Below, piece after piece: positions 18,301 through 27,009 of a stretch of 64,000 nucleotides of DNA. The notes under the pieces were generated by a model. It had not been told where the DNA came from. It ran no database searches and was given only the letters and a program-made list of their open reading frames with translations. A program made the position numbers and the translations under genes. The stretch lies in the NCBI GenBank assembly GCA_900542425.1, contig UQNQ01000001.1, forward strand, positions 64,541 through 128,540, in the 5' to 3' direction. The first letter of the stretch is position 1. Each line of letters begins with the position of its first letter. This DNA is from an uncultured Eubacteriales bacterium (GTDB lineage: Bacteria > Bacillota > Clostridia > Oscillospirales > CAG-272).

Positions 18301-18606
18301 CAGGAAGACGCGGATATTCGTGCCAGCGGCCTTTTCCTGAAAAATGAAGAGATCCTTCGGGCGATGGATCCTAGTCTTAATGGAAAATGGATTCCTGTGA
18401 AAGCACAGGATTTGGAAAAAGATAAGGCGAATCTGATTGGTTTGGAAGCCTTTTGTGAACTGAAGCAGGAAGTCACGCAAACGGTTTTGCGCTATGCCTC
18501 CGAACTGAAGCATGGTGCCGCTTGTGCGCGACCGCTTGTCACGAACGGGAAAAGCCCGTGTGATTATTGTAAAATGCGTCCCGTCTGTCGAACGGGAACA
18601 AAATGA
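15376..18606 (+). CDS. addB: Helicase-exonuclease AddAB, subunit B
   Basis: N-terminal Walker A GRSGSGKSEW, 1076 aa, and a C-terminal RecB-type nuclease region (VVDYKTG) with the Cys cluster CDYCKMRPVC. Confidence 0.9.
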   Translation: MIGFVYGRSGSGKSEWIDSRMSEAARTGHVFLLVPDREAVAAESRAADVGNAGNIDVVTFRRLCNYIFRRYGGLCADYIGAGAKKLMMRNVLEALSPTLSEYGGTCGLGLIEKLTAVRSELYQNKITPGELAHAADSFDEHSPIRAKTSDLSVIFAAFDAEIAAKWEDPDGILSKASNLLSENDFFCGSTVFIDSFTSFSAQQYDILFYMISGAKDVYITLPYLPDEADDISAGLIADTDRRLRRTAQRAGKINEIRDISLRGTRRYHSGELAFLSEHIAGTGSVHTFWEKTPKDIRLLRAANAFAESEAAAIDILRLVRGGARYREIAVIVRDAAQAEGVTDAVFRKYEIPYFLSDRVEMTEKPLVKLIFSAFAVCERGFRGEDVISYIKTGLAGITADEISLFENYIVKWNLRGKRIYGEDEWNMSPHGYGASLTEEDRHTLILLSDIRRRVVSPLKAFSAAGRTVKTVRDRAALLFDFLSGLGVPEALMTQAEKAKACGDMAYASETVQLWNVFCGALDQLVVSSGDAEVQIPEFSQMLQMILLETDIGKIPTSVDEVTISSASQTVPGHPKYVYLLGANEGVFPQRVGENGLFSEYEKLQLEKQGIAFTDRTERRIAEELYYFYRAASLPSERLFVSFAHYSLSGTEQRESVGVKRIRALFPKLEIFDFELSDPVDLIEGRAASFECALTDDGNLGRALREYYEADDTYAEKLKYAKMPLSAVDCRLSPACADELFGGGLSTSYTRLERYIKCRFSYFCEYELKLQDSMPVRFGPVDIGSFLHVVLEKTVQWIADGGTEELSARIDAIAKEYIASVFHADAAVLPGRFRHLFRYLCRSALLFARRIKEEMDVSSFRPCDFELVIGQGRGAVLPMKLEGDGVSVSLRGKIDRVDAYEGDGKLYLRVVDYKTGDKIFDIRNVKLGLDMQMLLYLFSLWENGEEHYGKPIAPAGVLYSGIKPPQVDLKVGEETEQEDADIRASGLFLKNEEILRAMDPSLNGKWIPVKAQDLEKDKANLIGLEAFCELKQEVTQTVLRYASELKHGAACARPLVTNGKSPCDYCKMRPVCRTGTK

Positions 18607-18654
18607 TACAAACGAATAAAATCATTTATACAAACACATAAAACGGAGGATTCT

Positions 18655-20502
18655 GTGAAAATACCGGAGAAAATTTTAAGAAGCGTGGAAAAGCCCGCGC
18701 GTTATACGGGCGGAGAGTGGGGACAAATCCTGAAAGATAAAAATGCGGTCGAGATTCGTTTCGCGTTTTGTTTTCCCGACACCTATGAAATCGGAATGTC
18801 CAATCTCGGTGTCCGGATTTTGTATGACGTTCTGAATTCCAGGGATGATACGTGGTGTGAGCGCGTATATGCACCGTGGGTGGACATGGAGGCGTGTATG
18901 CGTACGCAAGGAATTCCTCTTTGGGCGCATGAAAGCGGGGATCCGATCTCTGTCTTTGATATCATTGGCTTTTCTTTGCAATATGAGCTTTGTTATACAA
19001 ATGTATTGAATATGCTGGAACTTGCGGGTCTTCCGCTGCTTGCTTCGGAACGCGGTGATACAGATCCTCTTGTTGTCGGAGGAGGTCCCTGTACCTACAA
19101 CGCCGAGCCGATTGCGGATTATTTCGATCTTTTTATGATCGGAGAGGGAGAAGAGGTCATCTGCGAGCTGGTTTCCTTATATAAAGAGCATAAGAAAAAA
19201 GGATTTCACAAATCGGATTTTCTGCATGACGCGGCAAAACTTGAGGGAATTTATGTACCGTCCTTATATGAAGTTTCGTACCATGATGATGGGACGATTG
19301 CTTCTGTGAAGGCAAAATATGAAGATATCCCTGTAAAAATCAAAAAGAGAATTGTGAAGGATATGGATAAAGCGCCTTATCCAAAAACGCTGGTGATGCC
19401 GTTTATCCAAACGGTGCAGGATAAAATTACCTTAGAGGTTTACCGAGGCTGTATCCGAGGCTGCCGGTTCTGTCAGGCAGGCATGGTGTGGCGGCCGGTG
19501 CGGGAAAAATCGCCGGAAGTACTTTGCCAAACGGCAATGACGCTTGCCGATGCTACCGGTTATGATGAAATGACACTTTCATCCCTCAGCATCAGCGATT
19601 ACAGCTGTATTGAAAAACTGACGGACGAGCTGCTTGCATGGACGGATGACAGAAAGATTTCTCTTTCCCTACCTTCTCTGCGCGTAGACAGTTTTACCAA
19701 GGAACTGATGGACAAAATTTCTACCGTGCGGACCGGTTCTCTTACGTTTGCTCCGGAGGCGGGAACACAAAGACTTCGTGACGTAATCAATAAAAATGTA
19801 AGAGAAGAGGACCTGATGCGGGCGTGCCGCACTGCGTTTGAAGGCGGAAAATCACAGGTGAAGCTTTATTTTATGCAGGGGCTGCCAACAGAGACCAATG
19901 AGGATTTGGACGGTATCGCAGAACTTGCCGAGCATGTGATTGAAGAGTATTATCATACACCGGGAAGACCGAAGAAATCGCCGGGAGTCACCATTTCCGC
20001 CGCATGCTTTATTCCAAAGCCGTTTACCCCGTTTCAATGGGAGCCGCAATGTGACATGGAAACTCTTCTTGAGAAGCAGAAATATCTGACTGGGAAAATT
20101 ACGGACCGAAGAATCAAGTACAATTATCACGACGCTCGTGTCAGCCGGATAGAAGCGGTGTTTGCCCGTGGTGACCGAAAGCTGAATGCGGTGCTTGCTG
20201 AAGCGCATCGTCAGGGAATGCGTTTTGATAGCTGGGACGAGCATTTTGACTATAATAAATGGATGGAAGTCTTTGATACTGTCGGGCTTGATCCCGCTTT
20301 TTATGCCAATCGTGAGTTCGCGGAAAATGAAATTCTTCCGTGGGACAACATCGATATCGGGGTATCCAAAGCCTTTCTCCTGCGCGAGCGGCACCGCGCG
20401 TATGAGGCGATCCCGACAAAAAACTGCCGCGAGTCCTGCAACGGTTGCGGCGCTGATCGATTGGGAGGTGAACGCTCATGTTGTCCGAGCCTGCAAAAAT
20501 AA
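18655..20502 (+). CDS. TIGR03960-family B12-binding-domain radical SAM protein
   Basis: N-terminus EKPARYTGGEWG and radical-SAM core RGCIRGCRFCQAG. GTG start after ACGGAGGA. It is followed by its usual TIGR03936 partner. Confidence 0.85.
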   Translation: MKIPEKILRSVEKPARYTGGEWGQILKDKNAVEIRFAFCFPDTYEIGMSNLGVRILYDVLNSRDDTWCERVYAPWVDMEACMRTQGIPLWAHESGDPISVFDIIGFSLQYELCYTNVLNMLELAGLPLLASERGDTDPLVVGGGPCTYNAEPIADYFDLFMIGEGEEVICELVSLYKEHKKKGFHKSDFLHDAAKLEGIYVPSLYEVSYHDDGTIASVKAKYEDIPVKIKKRIVKDMDKAPYPKTLVMPFIQTVQDKITLEVYRGCIRGCRFCQAGMVWRPVREKSPEVLCQTAMTLADATGYDEMTLSSLSISDYSCIEKLTDELLAWTDDRKISLSLPSLRVDSFTKELMDKISTVRTGSLTFAPEAGTQRLRDVINKNVREEDLMRACRTAFEGGKSQVKLYFMQGLPTETNEDLDGIAELAEHVIEEYYHTPGRPKKSPGVTISAACFIPKPFTPFQWEPQCDMETLLEKQKYLTGKITDRRIKYNYHDARVSRIEAVFARGDRKLNAVLAEAHRQGMRFDSWDEHFDYNKWMEVFDTVGLDPAFYANREFAENEILPWDNIDIGVSKAFLLRERHRAYEAIPTKNCRESCNGCGADRLGGERSCCPSLQK

Positions 20503-21149
20503 GAGTGAAATTTTCCAAAACGGGAAGTCTCAAGTTTATTTCCCATTTGGATCTGAACCGTACGGTAAAATCGGCGTTTATTCGATCCAAACTTCCCATC
20601 TGGTATACGCAGGGGTTCAATCCACACCCCAAAACCGTTTTTTCTCTGCCACTTTCCGTCGGTACGGCAAGTCTTTGTGAATTTATGGATTTCAAGATTA
20701 CGGAATCGATTGCGCCGGAGATAATCTGCGAGCGGCTGAATGCTGTTTTTCCGGAAGGTCTGCGTGCGCTTGCTGCCTATACGCCTCGAACAAAGTTTTC
20801 GGAAATCGGATGGGCAGATTATGAAATCCGCGTGGAAAGGACGCATACAGAGCCCTGTCAAAAAGCTGTTCTTGAGGCACTTTCCGGCAGCATCACGGTG
20901 GAAAAGACCACCAAAACCGGAACGCGCCAAACGGATATCACTCCTTATGTCAAAATTTTGTCTGTTATAGAGCAGTCCAACATTCTTGCGTTATCCGTCA
21001 GACTTTCCTGCGGGGAGCAGTCTTTTGTCAATCCGAAATATCTCATTGATTTTCTGGCGGATACAATCGGGATTCCTGCGGGGGAGGATGATTATTCCGT
21101 TTGCCGTACAGAAGTTTATTTTCCGGACGGAACGACTCCTTTTCTATGA
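20478..21149 (+). CDS. TIGR03936 (DUF2344) radical-SAM-associated protein
   Basis: KIRVKFSKTGSLKFISHLDLNRT...GFNPHPK. SD GGGAGGTGA. It overlaps the upstream gene by 25 nt. Confidence 0.85.
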   Translation: MLSEPAKIRVKFSKTGSLKFISHLDLNRTVKSAFIRSKLPIWYTQGFNPHPKTVFSLPLSVGTASLCEFMDFKITESIAPEIICERLNAVFPEGLRALAAYTPRTKFSEIGWADYEIRVERTHTEPCQKAVLEALSGSITVEKTTKTGTRQTDITPYVKILSVIEQSNILALSVRLSCGEQSFVNPKYLIDFLADTIGIPAGEDDYSVCRTEVYFPDGTTPFL

Positions 21150-21156
21150 AAACCTC

Positions 21157-21185
21157 TTGCATTTTATGTCCTTTTGTGTTATTAT
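21157..21185 (+). promoter_or_regulatory. Promoter candidate (TTGCAT-17-TATTAT)
   Basis: Hexamers at 21157-21162 and 21180-21185, upstream of the yerC-like gene. Confidence 0.45.
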
Positions 21186-21221
21186 GATAATATATTAAAA
21201 TACAAAATCGGAGGGATGTTT

Positions 21222-21512
21222 ATGGCAAAGGGGAACCGTGATGAAAAGCTCGATTTTTTATTTGAGGGGATTCTGACACTGAAAACAGTAGAGGAATGCT
21301 ACGATTTCTTCGGCGATCTTTGCACAAAGACGGAACTGCGTGAGATGTCGAAACGGCTTTTCGCAGCAAAGCTGATTTCCGAAGGTGAAAAATACGCGGA
21401 TATTGTAGAGAAAACCGGACTTAGCACGGCAACTATCACACGCGTCAACGGATGTTTCCGGGATGGGAATGACGGTTATGTCAATGTGCTGGGGCGGCTT
21501 GCGGAAAAATAA
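21222..21512 (+). CDS. YerC/YecD-family TrpR-like protein
   Basis: LFEGILTLKTVEECYDFFGDLCT..ELREMSKRL...GLSTATITRV. ATG 21222 sits 6 nt after GGAGGG. Confidence 0.85.
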   Translation: MAKGNRDEKLDFLFEGILTLKTVEECYDFFGDLCTKTELREMSKRLFAAKLISEGEKYADIVEKTGLSTATITRVNGCFRDGNDGYVNVLGRLAEK

Positions 21513-21572
21513 GACATGGGGACGGAACATAGATTACGCCCCTGTGATGTCACAGAACTCGGAGAGGAAAAT

Positions 21573-22328
21573 ATGAAAAAAACAGTCATTGTAACAGGAG
21601 CTTCGCGCGGTATTGGACGTGCGATATCCTTAGGGCTTGCTGCCGATGGTTTTACGGTGATTGCCGCGGCACGTGCGGAATCGCAAAAGGCAGAGGAATA
21701 CATTGAACAGCTGAAAAAAATCTCGCCGGAATCCATTTATGTCAGCGCGGATATTTCATCTTCTGAGGATAGAATCCGTCTTGTTGACACGGTGTTTGAG
21801 CATTTTGGAAAGCTTGATATTTTGGTCAACAACGCCGGTGTGGCACCCACAGAACGCCGAGATATTCTCGAGATGACGGAAGAAAGCATGCAGCGTCTTC
21901 TCGATATCAATCTGAAGGGTACATTTTTCCTCACACAGTATGCTGCAAACAGGATGATTGCTGCTTCCTGCGGGAATATGATCATCAATGTTACCTCGAT
22001 GTCGGCCTATACTGCAAGTATCAATCGCGGGGAATACTGTATATCGAAAGCAGGGCTTTCCATGGCGACGGAACTATTCGCCGTGCGTCTTGCCGAATAC
22101 GGAATTCATGTTTATGAAATTCGTCCGGGTATTATCCGAACCGATATGACGGCTGCGGTTTCGGAAAAATATGAAGCGCAGATTTCGGGCGGCTTGCTTC
22201 CGATTGCGCGTATGGGCACGCCGGAGGATATCGCGTGTGCCGTGAAGTCGCTTGCATCCGGTGCGCTGCCGTATTCGACAGGAGAGGTTATCAACGTAGA
22301 CGGCGGCTTTCATTTGCGTACGCTGTAA
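21573..22328 (+). CDS. SDR-family oxidoreductase (FabG-like)
   Basis: TGASRGIGRAI, NNAG and YCISKAG (YxxxK). The start is moved to MKKTVIVTG. Confidence 0.85.
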   Translation: MKKTVIVTGASRGIGRAISLGLAADGFTVIAAARAESQKAEEYIEQLKKISPESIYVSADISSSEDRIRLVDTVFEHFGKLDILVNNAGVAPTERRDILEMTEESMQRLLDINLKGTFFLTQYAANRMIAASCGNMIINVTSMSAYTASINRGEYCISKAGLSMATELFAVRLAEYGIHVYEIRPGIIRTDMTAAVSEKYEAQISGGLLPIARMGTPEDIACAVKSLASGALPYSTGEVINVDGGFHLRTL

Positions 22329-22337
22329 GAGGTGGAT

Positions 22338-24302
22338 ATGGAGGAAATCAAGGCAGGGAAATATCGGATTCCGGTATTTCGTGCGAGAGCTGCCGTTGTC
22401 GGAAGCGGCGCTGCAGGCTATGGTACAGCAGATTCGCTTTATGAACTTGGCGTTACGGATGTTTTCATCGTAACGGAGGGACGGCGGATGGGTACATCGC
22501 GCAATACAGGCTCCGATAAGCAGACCTATTATAAGCTGAATACGGCGGGAGGAATTCCCGATTCTGTCTATGATATGGCACGCTCTTTGATGTGCGGCGG
22601 CTCCATGCACGGGGATATCGCGCTGTCGGATGCCGCGCTTTCTATGAGATGCTTTTTCAAGCTGGTGGGGCTTGGTGTGCCGTTTCCCATGAATGAATAC
22701 GGTGAGTATGTAGGCTATCGCACAGACCATGACGCGACAACGCGCGCAACTTCTGCGGGTCCGCTCACTTCCAAATATATGACGGAAGCGCTGGAGCGAT
22801 CCGTCCTTTCCAAAGGGATTCCGATTCTTGATCGTCACCGAGTGATTCGAATTCTTGTAAAAGACGGCTGCGCGGTCGGATTTCTTACCTTATGCTCTGT
22901 ATTTCAGGGAGAAAACAATCCCATAGGGCTTTGTGCGATTTTGGCGTCGGATATTGTCTATGCTGTCGGCGGGCCTTCTGCCATTTATGCGGACACGGTT
23001 TATCCAGAGAGTCAAACCTGCTCTCTTGGCGCTGCATTTGAAGCCGGTGCTGCCGGTGCCAACCTGACTGAATCACAGTATGGCATTGCGTCGATAAAAT
23101 TCCGATGGAATCTATCCGGCACATATCAGCAGGTGCTGCCCCGATATGTGTCTGTCGATGCGGACGGAACGGAAAGGGAATTTTTGACGGAAAGTTTTGC
23201 TTCTGCGTCCGAGATGCTTTCCGCTGTTTTTTCCAAAGGATACGAATGGCCGTTTGACCCGAAAAAAACGATCGCAGGCGGGTCATCCCGCGTGGATCTT
23301 GCCGTGTTCCGGGAAAAACAAATGGGACGGCGCGTTTTTCTCGATTACAGAAGAAATCCTTCTTGTTTGGAATACGAAGGGAAATTATCCGCCGCTTGTC
23401 TGCCGGAAAATGCGGAAAACTATTTAAGAAGTTCCGACGCGGTATTGGAATTGCCGATTGACAGACTGATGAAAATGAATCGTCCCGCCGTGGAGCTGTA
23501 TGCCGCGCATGGGATAGACCTTTCACGTGAGATGTTGGAGATTGCAGTTTGCGCTCAGCATTGCAACGGCGGTCTTGCCGTAAAACGAAGCAGAGAAAGT
23601 ACGACACTTCGTCATTTTTATGCGGTCGGAGAATGTGCAGGTACGTTCGGCGTATATAGGCCGGGAGGTTCCGCACTCAATTCCACACAGACGGGTGCTT
23701 TGCTTGCGGCAATGGATATTGCCGCAAAGGATACGCGAACGCTTCCTGTCGAGAATAGAATGATAGGTTTGATAGAAAAGGAAATGGAAACGCTGCTTTC
23801 CATGCGCGGTGAGATGACGCGTGACGAGGTTTTTGCCCGCAGGCGTTCCTATGGAGAACGGATGTCAGATTGTGCGGCGTTTTTACGTAATCCTGAAAAA
23901 ATAGAGACGGCTCTGCAGGCTTGCCGGAGAGAGCTTGCTTCGTTTGAAAAAAATTATAAACTTTGCGATACGGCGTTTTTGACGGATGCGCTCATCAATC
24001 GGGATATTCTGATTACTCAGCTTGTTTATCTCGGAGCGCTGCGGGATTATATTGCGGATGGCGGAAAGAGCCGCGGTTCCTATCTTATTTTTGACGGAAC
24101 GGTTGAAAGTGCACTGTCCGCACCTCCGGAAATTGACATTTTTCATGAAAATTTTGTTCAAAACACGATCCTTTCGGGATTCGAGGTGTCATCGGTATTT
24201 GAGCCGGTGCGCTCTTTGCCGGAAAGTGACCAATGGTTTGAACGGGTTTGGAATCGATTCCGGAAAGCGGAACCGAAAAACAGAGAAAGAGAGACAAAAT
24301 GA
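22338..24302 (+). CDS. FAD-binding oxidoreductase (fumarate reductase/succinate dehydrogenase/aspartate-oxidase flavoprotein-like)
   Basis: Dinucleotide fold VVGSGAAGYGTA, then RNTGSDKQTYYKL and GECAGTFGVYRPGGSALNS. Substrate unknown. Confidence 0.7.
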   Translation: MEEIKAGKYRIPVFRARAAVVGSGAAGYGTADSLYELGVTDVFIVTEGRRMGTSRNTGSDKQTYYKLNTAGGIPDSVYDMARSLMCGGSMHGDIALSDAALSMRCFFKLVGLGVPFPMNEYGEYVGYRTDHDATTRATSAGPLTSKYMTEALERSVLSKGIPILDRHRVIRILVKDGCAVGFLTLCSVFQGENNPIGLCAILASDIVYAVGGPSAIYADTVYPESQTCSLGAAFEAGAAGANLTESQYGIASIKFRWNLSGTYQQVLPRYVSVDADGTEREFLTESFASASEMLSAVFSKGYEWPFDPKKTIAGGSSRVDLAVFREKQMGRRVFLDYRRNPSCLEYEGKLSAACLPENAENYLRSSDAVLELPIDRLMKMNRPAVELYAAHGIDLSREMLEIAVCAQHCNGGLAVKRSRESTTLRHFYAVGECAGTFGVYRPGGSALNSTQTGALLAAMDIAAKDTRTLPVENRMIGLIEKEMETLLSMRGEMTRDEVFARRRSYGERMSDCAAFLRNPEKIETALQACRRELASFEKNYKLCDTAFLTDALINRDILITQLVYLGALRDYIADGGKSRGSYLIFDGTVESALSAPPEIDIFHENFVQNTILSGFEVSSVFEPVRSLPESDQWFERVWNRFRKAEPKNRERETK

Positions 24303-25228
24303 TGAAACGGATTCTTGTTATCAGTTCGGCAAATATGGATTTTGTGCAGCGGATGCGCCGTGTTCCGGAACGGGGGGAAACGGTGACGGAAAGCTTATCC
24401 TATTCCTATGTTCCCGGCGGCAAAGGTGCTAACAGCGCCGTTGCCTTTGCCAGACTCGGAACAGCCTGTGTTTTCTGTACCTGCCTTGGAGACGATGAGA
24501 ACGGAAAGGTCCTGCGGTCACTCTATGAAAAAGAGGGCATCGATACTTCTCATATTGCGGTTTCGAGCGAGGTGCCGACAGGACTTGCTTCTATTCTTGT
24601 AGAAGAGGATGGAAGCAATCGTATCATTGTGTATCCCGGCGCGAACGCCGTCATTTCACGGGAAAATATCAAAGCGGCATTCGATTGTCTCCCCGACGCC
24701 GTATATGTGCAGTTTGAAATTTCAGAGGATGCGGTCATTTATGCTTCGGAGCTTGCGCATGAGAGAAAAATTCCGTTTATGGTAGACGCAGGACCGGCGC
24801 GCCCTGATTTTCCGCTTTCCTCGCTTGCCGGTGTGGAAATTTTTTCTCCAAACGAAACGGAAACAAAGATTTTTACGGGAATTGAGCCGGTGGATGAGAA
24901 ATCGAGGCTTGCTGCCGCACAGGCATTGTATCAAACGGTGCATCCCAAATATATTGTATTGAAGCTTGGTTCCGCCGGCGCTTATCTTTATGACGGATGC
25001 CGCGGTGTGACCTTGCCCACTTTCCCGGTGAAGGTAAAGGATACTACTGCTGCCGGCGATACCTTCACAGCTGCTTTGGTGCGATTCTATCTGGACGGAG
25101 AGCCGATCGAACGGGCAATTGCTCTGGCAAACTGCGCTGCATCCGTATCTGTATCGCGTCCCGGCGCTTCGGCATCGATTCCGACTTATGAGGAAACGAT
25201 GGCGTTTGCCGCAGAACGGGGCGTTTGA
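24299..25228 (+). CDS. rbsK: Ribokinase (PfkB family)
   Basis: GGKGANSAVAFARLG and DTTAAGDTFTAAL. ATGA overlap with the upstream FAD protein. Confidence 0.8.
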   Translation: MMKRILVISSANMDFVQRMRRVPERGETVTESLSYSYVPGGKGANSAVAFARLGTACVFCTCLGDDENGKVLRSLYEKEGIDTSHIAVSSEVPTGLASILVEEDGSNRIIVYPGANAVISRENIKAAFDCLPDAVYVQFEISEDAVIYASELAHERKIPFMVDAGPARPDFPLSSLAGVEIFSPNETETKIFTGIEPVDEKSRLAAAQALYQTVHPKYIVLKLGSAGAYLYDGCRGVTLPTFPVKVKDTTAAGDTFTAALVRFYLDGEPIERAIALANCAASVSVSRPGASASIPTYEETMAFAAERGV

Positions 25229-25293
25229 GAATTCCGGTTTATGCAGTAGAAGAAAACAGCAAAGTGGGTTGATTGGATTCCCGCAAAATATAT

Positions 25294-25332
25294 AAAAACG
25301 AGGGGTAAGCATACTGCGTACCCCTCGTTTTT
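25294..25332 (+). terminator. Rho-independent terminator after rbsK
   Basis: CGAGGGGTA...TACCCCTCG stem followed by TTTTT. Confidence 0.7.
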
Positions 25333-25680
25333 GATGGATGAAAAATGACATTTGAGCAGATGATTCAGGAGAACCCGTGCTAATAACGGAAAAACAGATA
25401 TTTGGTTATCGCCGGATATTCCAAAGGATGGTTGTAAATATTGATTGTTATAATATGATGAAAGACAGCCTCGGAACGCTGTAGACGTCAAGCGAATTTT
25501 AAAAACGCCATATCGAAACTGCCATATAAAGAATCTCAGCCTGCTGGACGGGACTCTTTCATGAAATCGGTTTTGTGGTAATGACCGTTTATGACAGATA
25601 TCATCGTCCATCTATGCTTGACAACGACCATGCCATACGTTCCATTCTATGATAGCAAAATTTTGCGGATTAGAACTTAG

Positions 25681-26934
25681 TTATCCGAGTTCCGTTACTG
25701 TACCAAGGAAAAGAGGAAGACTAGTTTCGGTATCGATAATCGCATAAATAAACGGGCGGTCAAAGACGACGGAGTGTTCAGGCATTTCTGCGGCGGTTTC
25801 CGTCATAATCACCCCGGTTACGGCAGCAGCTTTGGTTCCGTTCTCATCAAGTTCGATATGAGTTTTATGAATGACATCGTCGATGGCAAGACCGGTAAAC
25901 TGACTGATGCCGGAAAAATCAGCTTCCGAATCGAAAGCATCCGTAAGACCGAGGGCGATAAGGGGCTCCTCAAGTGACATATCGCAGTCATATTGAAATT
26001 TCGGAAGCTTTACGTTTACGGATGAATATTTTGCGTTTTTGCAAAGAGACAGAAAGGTTTCTCCGTCCAGTTCTGCTATAAAATCATGGATATTGATTCC
26101 TTCGGAGGGAAGAAAAGCGACAAACGCATATTTTCCACCTTTGTAGTATTTCATCATGCCTGTTGTTCCGTCACTTGTTTCTATATATCTGTGCTCTGTA
26201 GAGTGAAGAAAGGGAACAGATGAGGTGGAGCCGGACAAATTATAAAAGTTTCCGTCATGGACATCGGATTTTTCATATTTTTTATCCCATTCCGCATCAA
26301 AGCATACGGCATTGACAAGACACATGACCGCATTGGTTGGAAAAGCTTCGAGCAGTTTATCGATCATGCCGTCTGTGTTGGTTTTAACCCAGCGATTGAG
26401 CTCATCTACGGTTTTGGAATCGGAAAAGCTTGCCTGATACATTTGTGCCCGATAATAGGCTTTGTTGACGGCAAGAAATTCACTGTCTACCGTAAGACCG
26501 TTGTCAAACCAGATAGAATCGGCAATGGAAAGTTTGATACCTTTGTCATTGGTGGCAAGTGAATCAAGATAAGGGAGCATATAGCGGTTCATGTCATCGG
26601 CGGAAAGTCCGAAAAGCGTTTCAAACTGCGCCTTAGTATTTCCGTCGGCTCCATTTGCTGTCATGCCAAGCGCCGCTGCAGCGGAAACCGGCGAAATCAG
26701 AAAATTGTTCCCATCAGAGCAGGATATACTGGATTGACGGTACAGATTCAGTGAGAAATCTGCCATAGCGGAAAGAAACTTCTCATCCGCGGATTTCCCG
26801 CTGACGTCGGGGGATTCAATTCCTGCCATTAGATCGACGGCATTTGCTGTTATCCCACAGGAGAAAAGACTCAGTGTCAGCAGAGCGCCTGCAAGAATGG
26901 CTGACATTAACTTGGTAAACACGGTTTTTGTCAT
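25681..26934 (-). CDS. Serpin-family serine protease inhibitor, probable lipoprotein
   Basis: Signal peptide with LSLFSCG. Serpin blocks FLISPVSAAAALGMTANGA and FDRPFIYAIID, and hinge/RCL ENGTKAAAVTGVIMTETAAEMP. SD AAGGAGG. Confidence 0.9.
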   Translation of the reverse strand: MTKTVFTKLMSAILAGALLTLSLFSCGITANAVDLMAGIESPDVSGKSADEKFLSAMADFSLNLYRQSSISCSDGNNFLISPVSAAAALGMTANGADGNTKAQFETLFGLSADDMNRYMLPYLDSLATNDKGIKLSIADSIWFDNGLTVDSEFLAVNKAYYRAQMYQASFSDSKTVDELNRWVKTNTDGMIDKLLEAFPTNAVMCLVNAVCFDAEWDKKYEKSDVHDGNFYNLSGSTSSVPFLHSTEHRYIETSDGTTGMMKYYKGGKYAFVAFLPSEGINIHDFIAELDGETFLSLCKNAKYSSVNVKLPKFQYDCDMSLEEPLIALGLTDAFDSEADFSGISQFTGLAIDDVIHKTHIELDENGTKAAAVTGVIMTETAAEMPEHSVVFDRPFIYAIIDTETSLPLFLGTVTELG

Positions 26935-27009
26935 GGTATACCTCCTTGAAAAATATTGCTGATGTATGCCGCGATCTGATATTGACTTTATGAAAACAGG
27001 ATACGCAAT

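Noticed and set aside
25229-25680. A 450-bp gap between rbsK and the serpin gene, inspected for a pseudogene, toxin-antitoxin pair or IS remnant.
   Set aside because: It contains only very short ORFs (such as a 12-codon MTFEQMIQENPC) and the spurious 141-aa antisense frame. I found no recognisable protein fragments or terminal repeats, so it is left unassigned.
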